The notes under the pieces are model-generated. The model saw only the letters and a list, made by a program, of their open reading frames with translations, was not told the origin of the DNA and made no database searches. A stretch of DNA of 64,000 nt. Origin: Lama guanicoe. Lineage: Eukaryota. Within the stretch, counting starts at the first letter, position 1. Each line of letters starts with the position of its first letter. Shown here in pieces: positions 1-12,129 of the stretch. The stretch lies in assembly GCA_013239625.1 (NCBI GenBank), contig MU054323.1:5755220-5819219 (forward strand). Direction: 5' to 3'. The position numbers and the translations under genes were made by a program.

Positions 1-919
1 GTTTTTGTCTAAATAACTGTAAGGATCTCAGCGCAGGGAGGGAAATACGCCTTGAAGGAGAGGAGAAATGCTAGTGATTTAGTGGGGTAGGGACCATGTG
101 TGTGTGGGTGGTGGGGGGTGTGGAAAGCAGTGAGGCATTCTTCCAAGGATTGGGGACCATGAGCTCAAGTTCCCACCAATTAAAAAGGATGTCACTTTCC
201 CATCTGCCCTGGAACAGGAGTTGAGCCCACACAGCTGAGCAGTGTTGCTCCAGCTCCACTCCCAACGAGAGGAGAGGTACAGAACACTAGGCACAAAGGT
301 GTTCCACCCCAACACGCCTCGACCTTTCTGGACACAGCTGTGCAGGACCCCTAAGTCCACAGCCCCTTTTCTCACCTTTGATGAACCCCAGAGAAGTGCA
401 CTGTTTAAGCTACTCAAGTCTCAAGAGTAGCTAGCCCGGCTGAGAGCTCAGCTCTGGACTTGCCCCTGAACTACACGGATGTCTAAGCCCGAGGTGCTCC
501 TTGTCAATGCTGGCAGATGAGAAAGTTAGGATCATCTCGCACATTTCTGATTTATAGGATGCCCAGGGAGCATCCGAAACCTGGAAGGCTGAGTTCTATT
601 AATTGGTTCCTTGGTCTGAGGCCAGACTACCAGGCAATACTTCCTGCTAACTTGTTGGATTCTCCAACACAGAATTACTTATTCATGAAGTTATTTAGAC
701 CAAAATACTATTCAAGCTTTTTCATTCCCTTAGTTCCTCTAATAATCTATCATTGGAATTATACATTTGATTTCCAGTTATAAGCTAAGACTTAACCTCT
801 GGGGCCCAGATATTGTCTTAGAAAATGCCAAGTTGAACCCAAAACAAAGCCAATAAAGAAGGAATCTAAAATTCCTTGGCACCACCATGCAGTTTTGAGT
901 CTTATTTAAAACAACTATT

Positions 920-1451
920 CATTTTAATGACTGTTCAAGTTTATTTTCATAAAAATGTGTTTTACATAAGCCCCAAAGTTTCTCATACAATTAATTCCCT
1001 TCACAAAGAAACTGTGTTTCAAACCCAAAATGGTCATGCTGGTCTCTATGACCATGGAGTTTGTTTCTTTCAAGTTGCAATTGCCTTTTTAACACTGTAA
1101 TTAAGCTTAGGGGGGAAAAAAATCATAATGCAAACCAAATAAATCCTGCCCTTCACACAATTATGTATGGTATGTGGTGAGAAAAAAACGATCTAGGCTT
1201 TGTTCATCTTAAAATACACTTGGCAGCCACCTCACTTAATAAGCTCCTTTCTCTTTCTGAGAACAAGAAAGTCATGAAGTCCAAGTTGCAGTGGAGGAAG
1301 GCAGGCACCTCAGGAAGGGACGTCCTGCAGCGGGGACCTGCACGCAGGGGCTTGGAACACTGCTCCGATCTGGCTTCTTCGTGATCAGGAGTTTGTCTTT
1401 AAGTCTGACTCTCTGGGTCTGGCTTTCCTTATCGTCTGCCTTTGGTAGAAC
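920..1451 (-). other. Candidate 3'-terminal exon of a minus-strand transcript
   Basis: Minus-strand acceptor ...gtttcaccatgtaacaattag|GTTC (AG at 1453-1452, weak pyrimidine tract). An AU-rich tail follows, with AATAAA at 945-940 and ATTAAA at 928-923. Confidence 0.25.
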
Positions 1452-1889
1452 CTAATTGTTACATGGTGAAACGAGGCCCAACAGAGAGGGCTCATGGGCC
1501 TTGGTGCTCCTGCAGAACCCACGGGCCTCACCGAGCACCAGACGGCCGCTCTGGTCCCCTGTTTCACCGCCCCTCCCACTCCCCAGCCACACAGGACTTA
1601 GCCTGAGATCCTGTCCCGCTGCAGCCCCGCAGCCCTCTCGCCCAGGGCTGCATTCCACAGCTGAGAGCTTCCGCTGTGTCTATGCTGATCAGATCCCATT
1701 AGAGTAAGCCACCCCCTGGCTTCTTCTCCTCCTGTGTTCATGGGCCCCGGGGCGCTGCTGGGAGGCCACAGAATAGGGCAAACCCTCCGACCTACCCACT
1801 TCCCCACCCTCGCTTCCACTGCCGATAATCAGAACTTCTACCCAGAACTATTCCAAAACTATCCAACATTCTCCAAGTTCTGCACCCTC

Positions 1890-2505
1890 CAACCCAGAGA
1901 GCAATTGTTCTAAAATGCACATCCAATCAAGTCACACAACTTTCATCGGCACCACTGTTGCCCAAAGTGTGGACTGACACTTACACCAGCTTTTGAGGGT
2001 CTGGATCCCACCCCTTCTTCAAAGTTGATTTTGCCAGCATCTTCCTTCTTAGACCGTATGTAAGACACACTGGACTGCTTACTGATCCCTGCAAGTATCC
2101 ATCCTTTGATTACCCGCCCCTGCGCTTCTGCTGAAGGCTATTCTCTCTACTTGGAAGGCCAAGGCACTATTTGTTTGTAGCCTGTGCTCTGTTCAAGGCT
2201 TAACTCAAATACCATCTCCTCCCCTTAACAGGAAAGTTTCTTCTTCCCCATATGAACCCCTTAAAACCCTCACCTCATGCAGCTCACTTAGAGCTCTTAC
2301 TTTGTTTCAACAGCAAGCAACAAACACCCCAGACCCCATCACACATGTCTGCTGTCTATGAGAATGTCTTAGCCGGCATCCAACCCGAACGCTCCTGGAG
2401 GGCTGAAGCCACATCCAATTCATCTTTCTGTTCCTCCTGCTTGGTAAAGTGGCTTGCGTTGAATAAGCATTAAATATATATTTGTTGACAGAATAACTGA
2501 ATGAA
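1890..2505 (+). mobile_element. Degenerate LINE-2 3' fragment(s)
   Basis: L2-like motifs 'ttctaaaatgcacatccaatca' and 'ttcaaggcttaactcaaataccatctcctcc', and tail 'atatttgttgacagaataactgaatgaa'. Confidence 0.55.
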
Positions 2506-2717
2506 ACACTTCCCCAGAGTTTTATTTTATAAAGAAGAAGCTTAGAGAAGGAAGGAAAGAAGTAAATTTGCCTAATTTGTTCTGGATTATGTTTGGCACT
2601 TTGTCACATAGACGTAGGTAGCAATCCTTTAAGTCGCAGATTAAACGTCACTTCCCACGTGAGGTGAGGCCGTCTGTTGTTGCCCTGATACTGGGTGACG
2701 GCCTCACCTGTGCACTA

Positions 2718-2749
<32 letters not shown>
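2718..2749. repeat. Compound (TC)n(AC)n microsatellite
   Basis: Read directly from the sequence. Confidence 0.95.
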
Positions 2750-2955
2750 CTTGTGAGTGGTGGTGCAGAGCAGAGGGCAGGGGAGGAACTCCGACCCCAC
2801 TCCTGGTGTTCTCCTCCTCCTGAGAGGTGCTTCCACCAGCCTTGGGCTCCTGGCCTCTCTCACTGCTCCTCGTTCACTTGTGCTGAGTTGACACTTAATT
2901 CTACAAAGGGGACCAAGGAGACAGTACAGGGCAGCCTGGGCCTGGGGACCCCAGC

Positions 2956-2992
2956 CCTCCTCCTCCTCCTCCTCCTCCTCCTCCACCTCCTC
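2956..2992. repeat. (CCT)9 trinucleotide repeat with degenerate extension
   Basis: Read directly. It explains the poly-L, poly-E and poly-R runs in the ORF track. Confidence 0.95.
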
Positions 2993-3449
2993 CCCAGTTC
3001 CCTGCAGGAGGCACACCCCATGCCCGCTGCTCCTCCCGCTGTGGATTTTTCCGGGACGCCTTCACCCTGGCCCAGGCCGCCTTTGGTTGGTGGCCACACT
3101 GGGGAAACTCTGAGATTCAGTGTCAAGCAGCCCGCGTGCCTAAAGAGCAGAGCTGCGTTCTCCAGGGCAGCTTCCTCGTGGATTTCAGTGCTGTTTTGAT
3201 TTCCACCTGCCTTAACCTTTCATCTTATTTCTCAGTTGGCCCAGAAATCAGGTGAAAAAGAGGAGAGGTTGTCTTTAGACCTTTGCCTTCTAACAATTAC
3301 TTATTTAATCATCAGTGTTGCCCTCCGGACGCTCAGCTCTGTGAGGACAGTCTCTCCACTCTTTGTCAGCCTGTCCCCTGTACCTGGTGGGTGTTGAATG
3401 CCAAACCCTGGTGCAGGTTATTTTAAGGAAGTAATTAGTTATTAATGAT

Positions 3450-3635
3450 ACAGAGAAAAATTAGGAGGAGAAGTAAAGAGGGGAAGAAAAAAGGGAAGGA
3501 AGAAAGAGGAAAGGGAAGGGGATTTACAAGAAAGACTGGAAAGGAAGAGAGGAAAGAGGAAACAGGAGGGATGAAAGAAGAAAGAAGGAAGGGGAAGAGT
3601 GGGGAGTCGAGAAGGAAAATGGAAAGAGAGAAAAA
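3450..3635. repeat. GA-rich polypurine low-complexity tract
   Basis: About 180 bp almost free of pyrimidines on the + strand. Confidence 0.9.
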
Positions 3636-3987
3636 ATTAAGTGCCAAGGCCGCCGCCCCTCCACAGCACAGCCAGAGTGCCTGCTGGGAATCAGAGCTTG
3701 ACCTTGGCTAACCCCTGACCCCTCGCCTGACTCCTGCAGGCCTCAGGGGGGTTCAGGTCTCACTCCCCTCCCAAATTCATCCGAGAGCTGACCATGCACT
3801 TTCCTGCCTCTCTGCCCAAGGCGCTGCGGGGAGGAGGAGCTTGGGTGGATAGCAGCGAAAGTGCCTCACACGACTGGGAAAGCCTAACCGAGAGAGAGCC
3901 TCTCCAGGACCCCGACCCTGCAGAGGTCAGGCCCCACCCAGGAAGTGTAGAGAGGGGCCTCCTGGGATCAAACCAACGCCTTCGGCT

Positions 3988-4019
3988 CCCCCCCCCCCCC
4001 CCCCCCCCGGCCCCCCCCC
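3988..4019. repeat. C21-GG-C9 homopolymer tract (G-quadruplex potential on - strand)
   Basis: Read directly from the sequence. Confidence 0.9.
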
Positions 4020-4628
4020 ACTTTCTTCCTTCCTGCCCCCCTTGCTGTTCAGTTCTCATTATCCTTCTGCTAATCGAGCAGAGCTGGGCACTTGATCAAA
4101 ACTATTGGCTCTGTAACTCACCCAGACACATCACGAGCTGAGACATTTACGACTGTCCTGGGATATACATCTCCGTGATAAGCCTCCCCCTCTGTGAGCT
4201 CTCTGGCTGCCCCCAGAGTCCAGACACATCTCATTGCAAAGGATGTTTGCAAAAAGGAACCCAAGGCCCTGTTGCAGGTCTTCCTGCCAGCTCCCCACAG
4301 CCCTGCTCCCCACGGCGTGGGGTGAGGGGTGCGAGCATTCCTCAGCACGCAAGCAGGTAAACCAAGGTTAATTATTTTGTATTTCAAGTCCCTGGGGCTT
4401 TGTCAAGGTGGAGATTTTAAAAAGAAATTCAGCTTGATTGGTAAGAAACATATTGTCCTGTTTATACCCAAGTCACATCACCTACAAAATGGCCTTTCTG
4501 TGTTTACACATGCAAAGTACATTGACAATGATAATTAACACTGCTTGTTAATATTAATTATTGTTGTTGTTGTTATTTTTAAAACCATACGTTTTCCTCT
4601 CTGAGCTTCAGATGACTGGACTGATCCC

Positions 4629-5017
4629 TGTATTAGTCTGCTAGGGCTGCCTTAATGAAGTCCCGCAGACTGGGTGGCTTAAAGAACAGAAATTTATTTT
4701 CTCAGTCATGGAATCTGAACTTCTGAGACTAAGGTATCATTAAGTTTGGTTTCTTCCGAGGCTTCTCTCCTTGGCAGATAGATGGTCATTTTCTCCTTGT
4801 GTCTTCTGTTTCACATCGTCTTCTCTTTGTACTGCATGTATCAGCCTCTTCTTGCAAGGATACCAGTCACATTGGATTAGGGCCCATCCTAATGACCCCA
4901 GTTTTAACTTAACTGCCTCTTTAAATTCTCTGTCTCCAAGTACAGTCACGTTCTGAGGTACCAGGGGTTAGAACTTGAACACATGAATCTGGAGGGGAAA
5001 CAATTCAAACCATAACA
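4629..5017 (-). mobile_element. MaLR solo LTR (MLT1A/B/C-like)
   Basis: Runs 'tgtattagtctgctagggctgcc...aacagaaatttattttctc...ttctgaggtac...caattcaaaccataaca' with TG...CA termini, the reverse of the MLT1 consensus. Confidence 0.9.
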
Positions 5018-5349
5018 CATGCTGTCCCAAATTCTCCCCTCAAGTCAGACCCAAGTAACTGGGAAAGAAAAATAAAGACCCAGCTTCGATCTCTCCCAAG
5101 GACATGGAAATTGCTCACCCACATCTCAGGAACACCCCAACCCCACAGCCACAGCCCTTTAGGGCAACTGAATTGGAACCAACCATCCACCCAGATACGA
5201 GGCTGCCCAGTTCCAAGGCAATGAGAAGGGATAAGCGGTCACCACCAGAGGTACTAGCTCAGCTGCCCGAGGGAGGTGAGGCCATGTGTTGAATCTTTAT
5301 GCCCCCAAGAGGAAAAGCAAACCCTGGAGGAAATGGCTGCAGAACCTCA

Positions 5350-5500
5350 GCCTTGCTAGTTGACTTCCCAGAACCTCGGTCTCTTGATCTGTACACGAAG
5401 AATCAGATGTACTTCGTTGAACCGTATGAAGATTGAATGAGAATATCCGTGTTCTTTTTCACACAGTGCCTGGCACACAGCGAGTGCTCCAAACACACTG
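5350..5500 (+). mobile_element. MIR SINE fragment
   Basis: 'acctcggtctcttgatctgta...gaagattgaatgaga...cacagtgcctggcacacag...gtgctc'. Confidence 0.75.
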
Positions 5501-6039
5501 GCCAGAGGAGCAGTGGAAGCAGCAGTGGGAAGCCTGGGCCAGACTTTGTCGTCCCCCAAATCTGCTCCAGCTTCCCCACTTGCGTGGCCTTGGCCTTGCT
5601 CTTCCCTCCCCGTCCACTTCCCACAGCGCCTCCCGCCTCTTCTCCAGCTCCAGCCCTGCTTTCTTCCAGAGGGTTTTCTCTCTAGCACACAGAGCCTCTC
5701 CACCTCTGGGCTCCCGCAGCTCAGGCCAGCAGGGTTTTGTTCGGCCCTGAGCACAGTCCGAGTGCTCTTCTCAGCTCCTGGGGAGCCCGTCAGGCATGAA
5801 GACGCCACAGCTTCACCTCTCTGCATTCTCCTCAGGGCTGTGCCCCCAACACACCCAGCAGTGTCAGCCCCCTGCACACATGACACCTCCCAGGGCACCT
5901 CTTACTACAGTGCACCCTGCTCTGCGAGCCTGATCAAAGCCTTCCTGGATGTCCTGTCCAGGAGGGGAGCTCTGCAGCCTCTGCGCTCCACAGCAACAAA
6001 CACATGACCCTGTAGCCCTCAGTAATCACCGCCACCATC

Positions 6040-6250
6040 CACCGGGGGCCTGCTGCGTGCCTGGCACCGCGCCAGGGCTTCCCCCACGTTGGCTCCTCTC
6101 CTCACACCCTGAGACAACACGGTGACCCCAATTCTGCAAGTGAGGAACCCAAAGCTCCGGGTGAACAGACTTGCTCCGGACAAGCATTAGGAAAGTGGGG
6201 GATGACTCTCTAAGTCTGTCTGGCTCCAAAGACAGCCCTTAAGCTGCGAC
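6040..6250 (-). mobile_element. MIR SINE fragment
   Basis: 'gtgcctggcac...cccaattctgcaagtgaggaac...gacttgctc...gtctgtctggctccaaag'. Confidence 0.7.
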
Positions 6251-6269
6251 ACCAGTGATTCTCAAATGA

Positions 6270-6920
6270 CAAGGATGGAGACATAAATCGTGTGGGGTCG
6301 CATAATGGAGTACTGCCCAGCACTGAAAAAGGATAAACCACTGCCACATGCACCAACACGTAACATAAGCAAAGGAGCCAGACACAAAGCACGGCTGTAG
6401 GGCTTACTTATATGAGGTTCAAGGAGGGGAGTAGTGGGGAGGGATAGACTGGGGGTTTGGGATTTGCAGATACTAACTGCTACATATAAAAGATGAACAA
6501 CAAGTTTATACTGTATAGCACAGGGAACTATATTCAATATCTTGTAATTGCCTACAATGAAAAAGAATATGAAAAGGAATATATGTGTGTGTGTATTTGT
6601 GTGTGTGTGTATAACTGAATCAGTATGCTATACACCAGAAACTAACACAACTTTGTAAATCGACTATAATTCATTAAAAAAAAATAAAAAGAACAAGCAA
6701 AACTAATCCGCACTAATAGAAATTAAAGAAGTGGTGAGAAGTGGTGACTTCTGGGTGAGCAGGGTGGGGAGACTAACTTGGGAGGGACATGAGGGAGCTT
6801 CTTGGAGTGTTGGAAACACTCCACATATATCTGGGTGGTATTCATACCAATGCATATGTATGTAAAAATTCATACACTATGCTATATATGCATGTTATAC
6901 CTCAATAAAATTTTTTTTTG
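6270..6920 (+). mobile_element. Old L1 3' end (L1MB/L1ME-like), interrupted by a younger L1 tail
   Basis: 'ataatggagtactgc...agccagacacaaa...gaggttcaag' resumes after the insert as 'caagcaaaactaatc...gttatacctcaataaaa'. Confidence 0.8.
6425..6692 (+). mobile_element. Lineage-specific (cetartiodactyl/camelid) L1 3' fragment with A-rich tail
   Basis: 'gggatagactgggggtttgggatttgcagatac...ctgtatagcacagggaactatattcaatatcttgtaat...acaccagaaactaacacaac' followed by a poly(A). Confidence 0.9.
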
Positions 6921-8689
6921 AAAAACATCTCAGGGAGGACATGTGTAGTTTTTAAAATATATTCAATATTATAATTTCAGATTTGGAAACCAAAAAAAAA
7001 AACCTACTCTATTGCTTTTGAAACACAAACTTTAAAAGAATTTTCAAGATTTATATGTTTCTCCACAGAAGACATATGTTTAAAAGGCTGAGACACACTG
7101 TACTACACTGTTCACATTCTGCCTCAGTTCCCTGCATGCCTCCGGCTCCCCCACTAGACTCAGGGAGTCCCAGAGGGAAGGCACCATTCTGGTACATGGA
7201 AAAGAAACAGCGCAGGGTCTGCTGGGGCACCCAGGATGGGGTGAGTAATAGACTGTCTCTCAAGTGACCAGAATGGGTGCCCAAAACTGACTGGCTAGCC
7301 AGCCCTGCCCTCCAGAACCCACAACACGTTGAAGCATCCAAGAATTCGGTCCCAGACTGCTTCCCCCTGTCCCATCCGTCATTCAGCCACATTTCGCAAT
7401 TCAGGAAAAAAGAGAAGAAAACAAGTACTGTGGATAGCCTTGCCCTCAACCAAGGGGTGGCTGCTCAGCAGGCCTGGCAGGGCACTGAGCTGCTAAGGGT
7501 CTGACTCCACCCCACTAATCATATAAAATTTCCCCAGCCAATGCCTCTGCCCCCTGTGGGCAGTTTGCTCTGCATGCAGACGCCAGGCACAGAGGAGCTG
7601 CTGGAAGTTGCTCTTGGAGACAATGGCCTTTGCTGTTCTTAGAACAAAGCCTTTAATTTGTATGGCAAGAAGCTTAGTGTATTTCAGGCTGCCATTCTCA
7701 TCATGAACTCCCAGGGGAGGAGGGTCAGCATGAACCATCCTATATCGCACACCGGGTACATCAGGCCCCTAGCACGGGTCCTAGAATGTGGTGGGCACAC
7801 ACAGGTATATCCACTCGCCCCTTCCCTGGGAGTTCTTCATGAGAGGGGTAGCATTCAGGAGGGTTGGTGTTATCAGCCAACCAAGGCACTAACTTTTCTC
7901 AAGGACCCAGACAGTACAGATTCTTGCCTTCCTAGCAAAGATCCTCCTTATCTCTGTCGGGTTCTGGCACAATCTTAGGCTTCCGCTCACTGCTTTGTGT
8001 CACTCCTTTAGAAACTGACTGTAGGCTCATGAATATCCAGACTCTTGGTCTTTCTTCATTGGGACCAGCTGGACAGATTAAGTGGCTGATCCTCTCTGAA
8101 TATCACAGGAGGAGCCAAATACAGGCAAGGGAGCAAGCAGTGGGAAGAAAGGGAGATGAAAGACGAGGGTCCCATCTGGAGCGGCTCTGAGACTGTCAGA
8201 GTGGAACATCACTGGAGATCTTCTAATCCACTCCTTTTCCCCCTGTGTCTGCAGATGCTCCAGAGAAGGGGAGTGGCCAAATTCATCCTCCCAGAAATCT
8301 CCAGGTGGAATGGGTCTGAGGCTGGGTCAATTCTTACTCCCAGGCCGAGACTTCCTAGTAACCAAAGTCAAGAGCTCCTCTATCTTGCAATGAAGCTACA
8401 GGGTGTTCTCCCAATTAGGTATCTCATTATTTCTCTGCTACCCAAGTCTGCAGAGTAAGTCCTGCAGCCCCTCCACAGAAGAGGACTGAGCAGGAGCCCA
8501 GCATGAGGCCCACTCCCACCCGAGGGGTCACGGACCACTCTACAGCAATTGCCCCCTCTGCTGTGAGACCTGCAGGGCACCCAGATAGCAGAGACAGTTC
8601 TCGTAACTCTTGACAACAATTTTTATATTGATGTAGATAAAAATCCCTTTCACATTCATCCATGACCATTGGAGGGAAACGCTAATGCA

Positions 8690-9230
8690 TGAGGTACACT
8701 GAGGGTCACAGAGGTGAATTGGACATGTTCCCTGCCCTCAGACGTTCTTAGTCTGGTAGAAGGAAAGTTGTATTCAATAACGGAATACAAGGCAGGCCAT
8801 GAGAACTATTCCCAGGAAGGGTCCATGGCTCTGTGGGGCCACAGAGGAAGGAGATTCCTTCTAGTTGGAGAAATCAAGAAAAAGGAACCACAGAAGAGAA
8901 GAAATTGTGTTGGACCTTGAAAGAGAAATGTCTGGATAGATGAGAAAATGAGAGGGAACTAGCCTGCCAGGGAGAGAGCACTCAGGACCAGAAACAGGGA
9001 GATGAGAGGATGCAGGGCATGCTCAGAAAATAGCAAGTAGACTAATTTCACTAGACAGAGTATGTGAGGAGGAGACGTGAGCGATAAGACCACGCAAGAA
9101 ATGGTCTAATTTAAGAAGAGTCTAAATCTCAGAGGTTTCTGAATGTCATTTTGGAAGCTTAGACATTTTTCATTAGGCAAGAAGAAGCTATTGAAGATCA
9201 TGATCAGAGCCAGGGTCCAAGTGGAAGGAC
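8690..9230 (-). mobile_element. LINE-2 fragment
   Basis: 'gttccctgccctcag...tagtctggtag...ggaccttgaaaga...aagctattgaag', typical of antisense L2. Confidence 0.6.
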
Positions 9231-9849
9231 TGGGAGTGGTATGCGTGGACTTTGCCTTTGGGAGAAAGATACGGAAGCTGAAGAATCCAAGGCAGAAAAT
9301 ACAGAATCCCCATCTAGGAGGAAAAGAAGTTCTGCTTGGTTCCTAGGTCTCCAGTCTCCATCCCCCAGTGTTCCCTTCCCTATTTATATTTTCAGATTCC
9401 CCACGCTTCTGGTTCTTTCTTCACAGATCACAAATTGTTAAGCTTATCTCTTATATTAAGAAAATCTATATAAACTCCCCCCTCCCACCCTTTTATTTAA
9501 AAGGAAGCCTTCTAAAATGGATGATTTTGTGCACACACCACTTTTAGAACCACATGGTACTCACAAGATGATCTATTAGAGAGCAGGAATTAAATGTTAG
9601 AATCTTAACTTTTACTTATTTGATCTAAAAGTATATAAGTAAAATTATGTTTCACTAATTCAGCAGAACTCTGCCATAATCCAATAAGTAGAGTCCTAAT
9701 CTCAGTAAGTTTGAAAAGTTGAAAAACTTTTTCAATCATGTAAAATTCAGGGTGATGTTCTTGGAACGTTGATGAAAAACAGCATTTGGGGGTCAGTTTG
9801 TACGATCATGAGACAATGACAGTTGAAAAGTTCACATTACCTGCGAAGA

Positions 9850-11060
9850 GTATCAGCAAACATCTTAACAGCCCCAACAGAAGACTGAAGACAAAAGAAT
9901 ATTATTTTCAAAGACCTTAAAAAAAATTAATGATCTACTCAGAATTCCATACTCTGCTAAGTTATCACTGAAGAATAAGAGTAAAGGTTGAAAGAACATA
10001 CCACTAATACACTTTTGCTGAAAGAATAATTTTCTTCCTCCAAATATAAAGGATGAAAATTAAGAAAATGGGAACAGAAGCCAGAGGAGCAAGATGTAAA
10101 AAGAAATGAGTAAGCATGTGTATAAACCTAAACAATAACCATATAAATGATAAAAATCAGGATTAATTTGGGGACCATAAAAATCAAGATGGAACTACAA
10201 ATATTGGACAAAAGAAACAATATAAAGAATATGAAAATGAATATATGCATGTCCATGTATGATTGAAGCATTATGTTGTACACTGGAAATTGACACAACA
10301 TTATAAACTAACTATACTTCAATAAATATATATGTATACACAAAAGAATAATAATAAAAAATAAAATAAAATAAAAAATGAGAAAAGGATATGTAACTTT
10401 CAAATATGTAGAAGGGCTAAGGAAGAATAAAGAAAATGCTTTCCATCCACAGAACTTAGGAAGGGAGAGGAGAAATCATAGCAAAAGGAAAAAAAAAAAG
10501 AATAAATCCAAATAATCAGTCATCACAAGAAACTGAATGAATTGAGCTCAGCCATTAAAACCCAGATCGTAAGACTGGATAGAAAAACTAAATCTAGTTA
10601 CATGTTGTTTACAAGAAGCATGCTTCAAACAAAAGACAGCTACTGCATGTAAAAAGATGGAGAAAAGATATCCCAGACAACCACCAACCAAAAGAAGCCT
10701 GATAAAATTAAGTTTCAAGGGAAAAGCATTATTACAGACAAAGATGCTCACTACCCATTAACAAAACAAAACAAAAAAAGATTTCTCAGGAAGATATCTC
10801 AATACTAACACCGGTCACATCTAAAAACACAACTGCAAAATATGTAAAGCAAAGACTGACAGAATTGCCATATATTCATACATGAAATTATAGTGAAATT
10901 GACAAACCAGCAATCACAATAGGAAAATTTAGCACCCCTCAATAATTTTAGCAGTCTCCCAATAATTAATGCATTAAGGAGAATATAAACTAGCAAAGGC
11001 ATAGAAGATTTGAATAACATAATTAAAAACTTGATCTAATGAGCATCTATAGAGAGACCT
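9850..11060 (+). mobile_element. Ancient L1 body: ORF1 C-terminus, spacer and ORF2 endonuclease N-terminus (frameshifted)
   Basis: ORF1-like 'agaattccatactctgctaagttatca'. The stretch from about 10510 to 10630 resembles the L1 endonuclease start (…NGLNSPIKR…DWI…TICCLQETH), e.g. 'acatgttgtttacaagaagc'. Confidence 0.8.
10221..10340 (+). mobile_element. Short camelid-type L1 3' tail nested in the old L1
   Basis: 'aaagaatatgaaaatgaatatatg...ggaaattgacacaacatt...actatacttcaataaa'. Possible target-site duplication acaaaagaa at 10208-10216 and 10340-10348. Confidence 0.8.
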
Positions 11061-11630
11061 CACTATACTTCCTCACTTCCTATCCACTTTTCAACCAACT
11101 GCCTCTACTCCCAGCCCTCCTCTGAAAGAGTTGCCCCCAACAGTAACCGACGACCTCCCAGCTACCAAATCTTTATGCTTCTGCTTTTAAAACTATTGGT
11201 TACACTCTCCTTAAAACTTTCTGATAACTATCCTTCCATGATGCTAGTTTCCCATTTCTCTTTCTGCTCATTCACTGTTTCTTTTACATGTTTGACTTCA
11301 TCTGCTGGTTTTCCCAAGTTTCTGTCCTCTTCTCTTGTCATCCCCTTCCAACAACCTCCCTGACAACCTTATTTTGCATCATGGGTTTATGTCAGAAATG
11401 CAAGTTTAGAAGGCAAGGGTTTAGTGCAGGAGCCAGCATGGATGTGGGTACAGCCCGCAGGCTTCCTTGGTGAGCAGCCTGGTGAATGCCATGGTTTTAC
11501 GGTGGATGGAACCTGGGAGGCCTGGAAGGGTGACAGTCTCCCTCTAAATTCAGAGCAGGGACCACGTGTGTCCTATTCACCTCTATACCTCGCCTATAAT
11601 AGACACTTGATAAAAGTTTATTACTTGAAT
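11060..11630 (+). mobile_element. LINE-2 fragments (ORF2 region and 3' end)
   Basis: 'cctcctctgaaagagttgccccc...aaccgacgacctccc...ccaaatc', and a 3' end 'gagcagggaccacgtg...tattacttgaatg'. Confidence 0.6.
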
Positions 11631-12129
11631 GGGCATACAATGAACTTTGCATATTCTCTAGAGAGCTCCAGAAATATAGTCTGTTGAGGGATGGAAAGTT
11701 ATCATCAATCTCTGAGCTTCCTCAAGGACTCTGACTCAGGCCAGGAGCTCTAGCCCACACAATAGCCAAGATCATGGTCAAACTCTAGGGAGGCCGCTTC
11801 TTGGATGCTACACACACTGCTTTGTAAAACCCAGAGGGCTGTCTTAAATCATAAGACACCATATCCCTGCTCATTTCTTCCTGTCCCTCTTTTTTCCCCT
11901 CCCTGGTACAGACTATCCCTCCCTCCACCACCCATGCAGCTGTGAAGATGCCAGCAGTCCCTGAGAGAGAGAGAGATAGGACAGGGGCACCCTTTGCATC
12001 GATGACTCTGGACCAGGGGAAGAGATGTCTGGCAAAGCAAAGTGACCATTTTCACAGACTTTTCATAAGCACATAAGCCAAACCCCAAGCTGCTGAAAAA
12101 TTGGTCTCCTGTCCTTTCACATTCTTGCG

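Noticed and set aside
2753..3199. 148-aa ORF with a poly-Leu signal-peptide-like run, and the opposite-strand poly-E and poly-R ORFs
   Set aside because: The runs are translations of the (CCT)9 microsatellite. The listed start is not ATG, and I see no homology.
3220..3258. Plus-strand 16-nt micro-exon (tttctcag|ttggcccagaaatcag|gtgaaa)
   Set aside because: Weak donor, not frame-preserving, and no partner exons. Expected by chance.
3445..3711. K/E/R-rich 88-aa ORF
   Set aside because: By-product of the GA-rich low-complexity tract.
5356..6007. Overlapping 180-aa and 164-aa ORFs
   Set aside because: GC-rich, stop-poor sequence open on both strands, partly within a MIR, with no recognisable domain.
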